Program-made: the position numbers and the translations under genes
The notes under the pieces: generated by a model
Seen by the model: the letters and a program-made list of their open reading frames with translations, nothing else
Told to the model about the DNA's origin: nothing
The model's database searches: none
DNA from: a virus
IMG/VR virus record: IMGVR_UViG_3300044675_004870
Location: 1-30,409 of that record
Length of the DNA: 30,409 bases
Reading direction: 5' to 3' (one strand)
Shown: one piece after another, positions 24,120 through 30,409 of the stretch
Layout: each line of letters begins with the position of its first letter
How positions within the stretch are numbered: position 1 is the stretch's first letter

Positions 24120-24569
24120 TCAGAATTGGCTCAGCTCTGGAAAGTCCAATAAGTGACCATAAGAGCCGAATACTTTTTTACGTTCTACTGTGAACTGTTG
24201 CATAGTCTTTGGGTTCTCATCTAAGTACCTTTCCCCGGCGGTGCGACCCAACAAGTAACACCAAATTTTGATGGCTGATTCATCCTCGATTGGGAAATCA
24301 GTTGCGCCTTGTTTTTTCCATAAAGGTTTAACATACCAGATGTCTGCGTTCACATCATCTACATCAAAGAACTCTGTTAGGTTTTCGAATGCCGTTTCTG
24401 GTGTAGCTTTACCATGACAACCTAAGATGGTTCTGATGTCTATTGCATACATGCGGTACATCTTAGCTGTTGGATGGGCCTTACGAATTCTGTACATGAA
24501 AGCTGCGAATACTATTTCTCTTTCTGTTAGTCCTTTGTCTAGGAATATTTCTGGTAATCTGATGATCAT
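24120..24569 (-). CDS. Hypothetical early protein
   Basis: 149-aa ORF with no recognisable motif. Confidence 0.6.
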   Translation of the reverse strand: MIIRLPEIFLDKGLTEREIVFAAFMYRIRKAHPTAKMYRMYAIDIRTILGCHGKATPETAFENLTEFFDVDDVNADIWYVKPLWKKQGATDFPIEDESAIKIWCYLLGRTAGERYLDENPKTMQQFTVERKKVFGSYGHLLDFPELSQF

Positions 24570-24651
24570 GTCTATGTTTATTTAGGTTATGTATTCAATT
24601 TTTGGTACGCGAGAAATTGTAGAGCTTTGTTGTTAACAAATTGTATAGAGA

Positions 24652-24679
24652 CAAAAAAGGCCCACATTACTGTAGGCCT
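24652..24679 (-). terminator. Rho-independent terminator after the HNH gene
   Basis: 9-bp stem 24658-24666/24671-24679. The loop reads GUAA on minus-strand RNA, and one G.U pair forms only on the minus strand. A U6 tract follows (A-run 24653-24658). Confidence 0.7.
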
Positions 24680-24758
24680 CTTCTGATATACAAAAAACAA
24701 AAATAAAACTAAACTATAAATGCGCAAACACCTACAATAAAGTATACTCTTTATATAT

Positions 24759-25280
24759 TCATTCTCCACTTTGTTTCTTTGGACGGCCCCACTTCTTTGG
24801 ATTTGGCTTCATAAGTGAGTTAGCGAAAGCATGTTTGATATTCTCTGAGTAAGTGGCCCACTCTAGGTTGGAAATATGGTTGTTGTCCTTGTTGCCATCT
24901 TTGTGATTAACTGTACGCTTCATTTCTGGGTTAGCAATAAAGTTCTCTGCTACTAGTCTATGGATGTACTCTTGGGTTGGTAAGCACTGGTACTTCTTCT
25001 CGTGACCACCCTTGTAATAAGTAGGCATAAGCCTATATTGCCATTGGCCAGGATGTTTGAGTCTCTTAAAACGATTATGTGTCTCTTCGTTAGTGTAGTT
25101 GTACTTTTCTAACTTTACTCTTCCATGGTCTGAAATATACCAATGGGTTTCTGAGACTACTAATAAGGGTGAAAGAACTGATCTATTCAACCTTTTAGTT
25201 TGTGCTGTGGTTTTAAACTTGATCCATATCTCGTTTGGTAGATCTTGGATCTGTTCTTCTGTAAATTGTGTCATCTTCAT
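24759..25280 (-). CDS. HNH homing endonuclease (NUMOD4-like N-terminus plus HNH_3-like core)
   Basis: 173 aa. Carries ...WYISDHGRVK... and VNHKDGNKDNNHISNLEWATYSENIKHA. Confidence 0.8.
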   Translation of the reverse strand: MKMTQFTEEQIQDLPNEIWIKFKTTAQTKRLNRSVLSPLLVVSETHWYISDHGRVKLEKYNYTNEETHNRFKRLKHPGQWQYRLMPTYYKGGHEKKYQCLPTQEYIHRLVAENFIANPEMKRTVNHKDGNKDNNHISNLEWATYSENIKHAFANSLMKPNPKKWGRPKKQSGE

Positions 25281-25343
25281 AGTTATTTTTAGTTATATAA
25301 ATATGTATCTAAGTAATTATTGATTCTCGCCGAAAGCGCGAAA

Positions 25344-25976
25344 TTATTTTATCTTTTGGAAAATAGGTAGATCTTTCATAGATCCATTAGTTCCTTCGTA
25401 GATTTTAATACAGCATTCTGAGTAATATAGAATTTGGTTAACAATAGAATCTTTGTAACCCAATTCTTTTATGACAGCTCTAACATCTTTACGAGTAAAT
25501 GTGTCGTTTAAATTATCAAGGATATGATTAATAATTACAGTCTTACACTTTTTACCATGCCATTTAGTATAATTACCAGCGTTGGTTGACATACCACAAA
25601 CTTCACATGTTACTACTTTATCATTAAAGTTACGTGACCATTGATCTCTCATAGCATTAACATATTCTTCATCTAGTTTTATGCCTAAATGAGATTTGCC
25701 ACCAGCTATAGCTGCTAACTTATGGGTTTCAGACTGATAGTATCCAGATTGTAATTTTTTTTCATGGCCTACAATACTAGCTTCTATTTGTCTTTTAGAT
25801 ACACTAATATTCCAATCATCAATCATTTGTTCTAACATCTTAGAATACTCTGGATCATTGATAATAACTTCATGATCTACTTGTAAATCTTTAAATAGAT
25901 CACGACGTCTATTGTACATAAATCTACGCTTGTCTTCTATAGAATGCGTATAGGTTAAGCTTATCTTATTTTTCAT
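25344..25976 (-). CDS. Hypothetical protein with a NUMOD3-like motif and a CxxC...HxxxC zinc-finger-like motif
   Basis: 210 aa. Carries SETHKLAAIAGGKSHLG and VTCEVCGMSTNAGNYTKWHGKKCK. The gene looks AT-richer than its neighbours (two sampled 60-nt lines give 28-30% GC). Confidence 0.45.
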   Translation of the reverse strand: MKNKISLTYTHSIEDKRRFMYNRRRDLFKDLQVDHEVIINDPEYSKMLEQMIDDWNISVSKRQIEASIVGHEKKLQSGYYQSETHKLAAIAGGKSHLGIKLDEEYVNAMRDQWSRNFNDKVVTCEVCGMSTNAGNYTKWHGKKCKTVIINHILDNLNDTFTRKDVRAVIKELGYKDSIVNQILYYSECCIKIYEGTNGSMKDLPIFQKIK

Positions 25977-25994
25977 ACTGCTAATATACTAAAA

Positions 25995-27872
25995 TTATTT
26001 CACATTAAAAAATCCTAACAACATTTTTTTTCTAATATCTCTAACTTTGTTAAGACTAGAGTCCAATTGTCTAACTGCTTCGTCTTTTGTCAAGTTGTAG
26101 TAAGATGCGTATCTTTCAAAATAAAAGTCATCTGATTGGTATCTACGAACAGCTGTTTTTAAACTAACTATACCAGCGTTATATTCTTCTACTTCTGCAA
26201 TAACTTGATTAACAAATTTTTCTGCACGTTGATCAATCAAGTATTTTTTGTAAGTATTAGTCATACGAAGACCAATTACTTCTAGCATACGATCATGTTG
26301 TGCACGAGAAGCTTCACTAAAAGTATCGTCATGAATAACATCTACTGTCATTTCACCTTGGTTAATCTCCAAAGTAGTAACATTAGTAGTATCGTTATCG
26401 AATACCCAACGAGCTGAACGCTCTTCAGTCTCTCGTTCCTGTGGTTCAGTAGGTTCTTGTTCGTTCTCGTTCTGATTTTGGTTAGAAACTGTAGCACGAA
26501 CAATTTGAAACTCGTTAACTTCGCTTTGCATATTACCAATTGTAGAACGAATCATACGTGCAGCTTCGTTAGCTTCACCTTCCATAATAGGAAGAATGAT
26601 GTGAGCAATTTGCTTAGTCTCAGTGTAACGAAGAGCACGACCAATGATCTGAATGATGTCGATACCTGATTGGAAACGGTCACCAAATACGATGCAATCG
26701 ATGCAAGGTACATCTTCACCTTCTTTTAACCAAGGAGAACTAGTAGCAATAGCAGTTTCTGAGCTACAAAAAGGACCATACTTCAACCACCATTGTTGTG
26801 CTTTACGATTGTCTTTAGTCTTAATAACCACAGTCTCACCGTTTGCATCCACGTAACTTCTGGGTGCACCAAGTTGAGTTGGAGTAGTATCACTAGCCAC
26901 ACAACCAATCGTAGCGCCTTGCAATACACCTAATTGGTTTTGCATAAAGTGGAAAAGGTTGTTAAAGTCATGAGCATCGGCACGTTGTTGGTACATAACT
27001 ACAATCTTACGAGCACCCATGTTATAGGCTTTGATAACTGAGTAAGCTGTAGCCAAATGACGACCTTTAACAGTTTCACCTAAGAATTCCATTTCCTTGT
27101 TCAACATACGTTTGATACTATCATCAGAAACCTCTAACAAATAAGTTTGAAAGTTACAAAGGATACCTAAACGAATGGCTTCGAAAATGGTCAAAGAATA
27201 AGCTACACGACCATAGATGTCAGTGTTAGCCATAGAGAAAAGGTTATTGTTCTCGATAACAACTTCATTTTCGTCTTTAATATCTTCGTATTCTTTGATG
27301 GTAGCTGTCATAAACAATTTATGGTTAGCGCGCACAATCATGTCATCAACGCAAGAAGTAAACATACCAAATTCTTTACCAGAAGTACGGTGACACTCGT
27401 CATAAATAGCCAAGTCAAAAGAAACACCAGAGTTAGTAAGTTCAGAAGTAATATCATTAGTAATACCTACAGTATTATAGACAGCAAAAATAATCTTTTT
27501 AACATCAGAAGGTTTGTTCATAAAATATTGAATGTCTTCAGCAGTCTTAAGGTCACCTTCACAATAAGCAGTAGCATAATCAAACTCAATACCTAAAGCT
27601 TTCCACTCAGCAATAGTTTGGTCTACCAAAGAAATCTTAGGTACCATAAAAAGAATAGTAGAAATACCATTAGCATAAGTAAAGATTAATTTCCATGCAG
27701 TACGGGTTTTACCAACACCAGTAGCCAAGTTAAGTACAGTTTTCATTGGACGACCTTCTTTCTTACAAAGGTTCCATTCTTTGATAACAGCCATACAAGC
27801 TTCTTGTTGGATCTGGTTTTTTACCTCTAACATCTGTTTAAAGGTAAGGACGGGCATTGAGTTCTTGTTCAT
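25995..27872 (-). CDS. Superfamily 2 DEAD/DEAH-box (ResIII-like) helicase with an acidic linker and C-terminal extension
   Basis: 625 aa. Motif I LATGVGKTRTA, motif II IYDECHRTSG, motif III TATIKE, motif VI QIIGRALRY, then NQNQNENEQEPTEPQERETEERS and about 150 further residues. Confidence 0.85.
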   Translation of the reverse strand: MNKNSMPVLTFKQMLEVKNQIQQEACMAVIKEWNLCKKEGRPMKTVLNLATGVGKTRTAWKLIFTYANGISTILFMVPKISLVDQTIAEWKALGIEFDYATAYCEGDLKTAEDIQYFMNKPSDVKKIIFAVYNTVGITNDITSELTNSGVSFDLAIYDECHRTSGKEFGMFTSCVDDMIVRANHKLFMTATIKEYEDIKDENEVVIENNNLFSMANTDIYGRVAYSLTIFEAIRLGILCNFQTYLLEVSDDSIKRMLNKEMEFLGETVKGRHLATAYSVIKAYNMGARKIVVMYQQRADAHDFNNLFHFMQNQLGVLQGATIGCVASDTTPTQLGAPRSYVDANGETVVIKTKDNRKAQQWWLKYGPFCSSETAIATSSPWLKEGEDVPCIDCIVFGDRFQSGIDIIQIIGRALRYTETKQIAHIILPIMEGEANEAARMIRSTIGNMQSEVNEFQIVRATVSNQNQNENEQEPTEPQERETEERSARWVFDNDTTNVTTLEINQGEMTVDVIHDDTFSEASRAQHDRMLEVIGLRMTNTYKKYLIDQRAEKFVNQVIAEVEEYNAGIVSLKTAVRRYQSDDFYFERYASYYNLTKDEAVRQLDSSLNKVRDIRKKMLLGFFNVK

Positions 27873-27959
27873 TTTGTCTTTAGGTTTTTAATTATACAGT
27901 AAATATACAACTAATTTTTGATATAGGACATGCTTGAGTGAAAATAGTTACGAACATTT

Positions 27960-28136
27960 TTAAAATAGGCTCTTACCATACTCCTTGTCTTCAGTGTATG
28001 TCTTCTTCTTGACTATGGCTTTGATTATTTGTTTGGATACACCAAATCTTTGGGCTAATTGATTGTAACTAGCTCCCATTTCTGAGTACTCTCTAATCTT
28101 CTCAGCTTGATACATGGTTAGTTTTCTTTGTTCCAT
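27960..28136 (-). CDS. 58-aa helix-turn-helix DNA-binding protein, first gene after the control region; not in the ORF track
   Basis: Manual translation: MEQRKLTMYQAEKIREYSEMGASYNQLAQRFGVSKQIIKAIVKKKTYTEDKEYGKSLF. GASYNQLAQRFGVSKQIIKAIV has a resolvase/sigma-region-4-type HTH pattern. Confidence 0.6.
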   Translation of the reverse strand: MEQRKLTMYQAEKIREYSEMGASYNQLAQRFGVSKQIIKAIVKKKTYTEDKEYGKSLF

Positions 28137-28199
28137 GTATCTTATACTATATAAATACTTATTGTTTCAAGTCTTGAGTTAGATCCTCGTTCTGAGCTA

Positions 28200-28300
28200 A
28201 TCTTGAGTTTGAACCCTTGTTGTGAGACCTTGTCTCCCCTTTAAACCTTGTTTGGACGTTAAACCCTACTTTATATGCTAGTGCTAAGTTTCTGTTTCAA
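28200..28300 (-). repeat. Inverted-repeat copy B of the promoter/leader-like block; partner at 6475..6561
   Basis: See copy A. Copy B has 14 extra nt (about 28210-28223). TTGAAA-N19-TATAAA is read on the minus strand from 28300 and faces the HTH gene. Confidence 0.9.
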
Positions 28301-28325
28301 CTTTTATAAAAATATTTTCAATTAT

Positions 28326-28364
28326 TTTCACTTTACACTTTGCGAGAGTTTCACTTTACACTTT
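28326..28364. repeat. Direct repeats TTTCACTTTACACTTT x2, equal to four CACTTT units; candidate operator or iteron sites
   Basis: Identical 16-mers at 28326-28341 and 28349-28364, period 23 nt, between the genome-end terminator and repeat copy B. Confidence 0.7.
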
Positions 28365-28371
28365 AGAGCAT

Positions 28372-28405
28372 AAAAAAAGCCAGGGTAGAGAGCCCTGGCT
28401 TTTTA
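28372..28405. terminator. Bidirectional rho-independent terminator closing the minus-strand late operon
   Basis: Perfect 8-bp stem agccaggg/ccctggct (28378-28385 and 28393-28400) with a 7-nt loop, flanked by A7 upstream and T6 downstream. Confidence 0.8.
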
Positions 28406-28543
28406 ACTTATTATGAAAAACCCAATTAGATTTTTATTAAGAACTTCTAACGATAAAGAAACACGCGACTGTCCTTTTCAGCCATTTTAAAGTTAATAAT
28501 AAATCTCATGATAGTTATACCATGAATCTAATTAATGTTTCAA

Positions 28544-28852
28544 TTACAATTCTGTGATCGTAACTGTGAAACCTTCTACTTCTAACATTTGCTTTACAAC
28601 TTCGTTAGCTGCAAAAAGTAGATCAGTTCCCATAACTGTTCTATCATAAGGAACCTGCATAGGTACATTGATATTTGTAGGTTGTAATGGTTGTGACTTA
28701 GCATTGTAAGCTTCTTCTGAAGCCCAAAATGCAGGTCCAACTACTAATTGTGAACCATCGATTGACAAAGCTGCGTTAGTTCTAGCGTATGCTGTAGTAA
28801 CAGTAAGTCCGTTGTTTAAGGTGATGTTTTCACCTGAGATTAATAATGCCAT
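28544..28852 (-). CDS. Hypothetical protein downstream of fiber 2; last gene of the late operon
   Basis: 102-aa ORF, 21 nt after the fiber-2 stop. Confidence 0.6.
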   Translation of the reverse strand: MALLISGENITLNNGLTVTTAYARTNAALSIDGSQLVVGPAFWASEEAYNAKSQPLQPTNINVPMQVPYDRTVMGTDLLFAANEVVKQMLEVEGFTVTITEL

Positions 28853-28873
28853 AGTGTTTTATTTATTTTAATT

Positions 28874-30409
28874 TTAAGCGTGTACAATTTTAAGTAGATC
28901 ACCAGTTCTGTAGATCTGACCAACTGGCAAACCTGCTGTAACTGCTGCTGCGTTATCTGCATATTCACCTACAGTATTTACGTTTAAGTTTTGAACGTGT
29001 GTTGTATCAGCAGATTTAGAAACGACATTAGTACCAATTGCTACTGCATTTGTGTGAGTTGCTTCTGCTGCTCTACCGATTGCAATAGATCTATCAGCTG
29101 TTGCTTTAGTTAAAGTACCATAAGCCATTTTATCTTCACCAGCACCAGTAGTATCAGTTTGGTAACCAATACCGTGGTTTCTACCACCTGCGTTTGTTGT
29201 ATTTGATTCACCAATCATAATAGTACCATCAGCACCACCAGTGTTTAAAGATCCAATGATAACGTTTCTTTGAGAATTAGATGAGTTATTTGCACCAATT
29301 ACAATTTGTTCATTTGTATAACCTAATACATCATTGCTATAACCTATATTGATACCATAGTTTGACAATGTATTGTTACCACCATTACCAATTTGAATTG
29401 AATCAGCTGCTGCGTAATTAGATGAATCGTTACCAATTACAATTGCATATTGAGCTGCTTTAATATTATTACCAATTAAGACAGCATTAACTCTAGCATT
29501 ATCGGCATTATCATTACCAGAACCGATGATGATAGCTTTTTGAGCATAGTTAGTATTATTAGCACCTATTCCAATGCCATTAAATTGTTGTACATTAGTA
29601 CTAGGTCCGATTGATATAGCATTTTCACCAGTAGCTTGAGCAAGTTGACACATAGCTAAAGATAGAGCTCCAGTTGATGTTGTAGAATTTCCAATTGCAA
29701 TATTAGCACTGTTTACATCAGCAACAGCTAATCTTCCGATTGCTACGTTACCACCTTGGTCAAAATTTGCACCAGCACTAGAATCTACACCGATTGCAAC
29801 ACCTAAGTAGTGAACTTTAGCATTTTTTCCAATAGCCACACTAGAAGCATGTTCTGAGATAGCTCCTTCTCCAATGGCTACTTTACCACCATCACCGTTA
29901 CTTAATGTTGTAGCTCCATTTCCAATTGCAACATCACTTGCGGTTGCAGCAGTTGCTGGATTTGTTGTAAGTCCTGGCGCGCTCACCAATGAGTTTGTTG
30001 CAGCTCCATTAATTAAACCTGCGGGTGCGGGATCACCTTGCGCACCTTGAGCTCCTGTAGATCCTGGAGAACCAGCATCACCTTGTGCTCCAGTAGGACC
30101 AGGAGAACCAGCGATACCTTGAGCACCAGTTGCACCAATTTCACCTTTTGCTCCTTGAGCTCCAGTAGGACCAGGAGATCCTGCAGTACCTTGAGCACCT
30201 GTTGCTCCTTGAGCTCCAGTTGTTCCAGCAATACCTTGAGCGCCTTGAGCACCAACTTCACCTTTTGCTCCTTGAGCTCCAGTGGCTCCTTGAGCACCTG
30301 TTGCACCTTGAGCACCTTGCGCTCCAGTCGTACCACCACCAGCTCCAACCCAGTTACCGCTAGAGTCGATTACTTCACCGTAACCAGCAATGCTTAATTG
30401 AACTGTGGT
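28874..30409 (-). CDS. Collagen-like tail fiber 2, C-terminal part: G-X-Y region plus a YadA-head-like (Hep_Hag-type) repeat domain. Continues at 294..1
   Basis: The track ORF 28874..29989 begins at a TTG. I read upstream codon by codon from 29990 to 30055 in this frame with no stop, passing through ...[22 protein letters not shown]. The G-X-Y repeat continues in this frame to 30409 (about 30029-30346). Residues downstream show roughly 14-aa periodic xxAIGxxAxA repeats ([40 protein letters not shown]...). Confidence 0.8.
   Translation of the reverse strand, partial: TTVQLSIAGYGEVIDSSGNWVGAGGGTTGAQGAQGATGAQGATGAQGAKGEVGAQGAQGIAGTTGAQGATGAQGTAGSPGPTGAQGAKGEIGATGAQGIAGSPGPTGAQGDAGSPGSTGAQGAQGDPAPAGLINGAATNSLVSAPGLTTNPATAATASDVAIGNGATTLSNGDGGKVAIGEGAISEHASSVAIGKNAKVHYLGVAIGVDSSAGANFDQGGNVAIGRLAVADVNSANIAIGNSTTSTGALSLAMCQLAQATGENAISIGPSTNVQQFNGIGIGANNTNYAQKAIIIGSGNDNADNARVNAVLIGNNIKAAQYAIVIGNDSSNYAAADSIQIGNGGNNTLSNYGINIGYSNDVLGYTNEQIVIGANNSSNSQRNVIIGSLNTGGADGTIMIGESNTTNAGGRNHGIGYQTDTTGAGEDKMAYGTLTKATADRSIAIGRAAEATHTNAVAIGTNVVSKSADTTHVQNLNVNTVGEYADNAAAVTAGLPVGQIYRTGDLLKIVHA
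30290..30409. repeat. Terminal overlap, second copy of bases 1-120
   Basis: Identical to 1-120. Confidence 0.95.

Noticed and set aside
24630-24639. 10-bp perfect palindrome TTGTTAACAA upstream of 24120..24569
   Set aside because: An A/T-rich 10-bp palindrome is expected by chance many times in 30 kb. The flanks do not extend the symmetry.
24587-24769. 60-aa minus-strand ORF between the HNH gene and 24120..24569
   Set aside because: It overlaps the HNH stop and spans the terminator hairpin with its U-tract and the intergenic A/T-rich DNA. The translation is implausible (FFVYQKRPTVMWAFFV).
26348-27596. Small ORFs on both strands inside the helicase gene (26348..26539, 26457..26669, 26653..26856, 27321..27596)
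   Set aside because: They are nested within a 625-aa ORF that carries all the SF2 motifs, and nothing supports them independently.
28326-28364. Direct repeats considered as a mini-CRISPR array
   Set aside because: There are only two 16-nt copies with a 7-nt gap, no spacer-like unique units and no cas genes. They fit better as operator or iteron sites.
28413-28490. 25-aa plus-strand ORF (MKNPIRFLLRTSNDKETRDCPFQPF) just after the bidirectional terminator
   Set aside because: It is very short, has no upstream promoter-like signal and sits in A/T-rich DNA where such ORFs arise by chance.
30013-30397. ORFs 30013..30348 (-) and 30038..30397 (+) inside fiber 2
   Set aside because: Same artefact: off-frame readings of collagen repeats. 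The G-X-Y frame is the one continuous with 28874..29989 and with 294..1.
1-30409. Searched by eye for tRNA/tmRNA, integrase or excisionase, reverse transcriptase/DGR template repeats, toxin-antitoxin pairs and CRISPR arrays
   Set aside because: I recognised none. No RT motif (YxDD) or tyrosine/serine recombinase ORF is present. The variable-looking fiber genes have no nearby template-repeat copy. A by-eye scan cannot fully exclude a tRNA, so tRNAscan-SE should be run.

Overview
The window is one complete tailed dsDNA phage genome. Its first 120 nt are identical to its last 120 nt, so the non-redundant unit is 30,289 bp, either circular or terminally redundant. All convincing genes but one lie on the minus strand, and many are translationally coupled through TAATG or ATGA overlaps. 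In transcription order (high to low coordinates):

- **Control region** (28137-28543), followed by a 58-aa HTH gene that the ORF track missed.
- **Early genes:** an SF2 helicase and an HNH homing-endonuclease cassette.
- **Packaging and regulation:** portal, a phage-encoded sigma-70-family factor and a PBSX-type large terminase.
- **Tail and lysis:** tail genes including a 1579-aa protein, a tape-measure-like protein and a holin.
- **Head:** a MuF-like/XkdF-protease fusion, scaffold and major capsid protein.
- **Distal tail:** a tail-tube-like protein, two collagen-like fibers and a beta-helix tailspike. One fiber gene crosses the window ends.

I saw no Shine-Dalgarno sequences. Together with the delta-60-type propeller repeats, this points weakly to a Bacteroidota (Flavobacteriia-like) host, which is inference only. 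I found no integrase, DNA polymerase, reverse transcriptase, CRISPR array, tRNA or recognisable endolysin.

The most interesting signals are regulatory and architectural:

1. A roughly 90-100 bp promoter/leader block is duplicated in inverted orientation 21.7 kb apart. Each copy faces a small ORF, one of which is the only plus-strand gene.
2. A bipartite promoter-like motif occurs six times with fixed spacing in front of morphogenesis operons. It plausibly belongs to the phage sigma factor, and one copy overlaps the -35-like box of the duplicated block back to back.
3. The giant tail protein carries four tandem cysteine-rich modules, then a lower-GC seven-blade propeller.
4. The two collagen-like fibers share an N-terminal anchor but have different distal domains, one of them a YadA-head-like beta-roll.

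All functional calls rest on motif recognition by eye, not on database searches.
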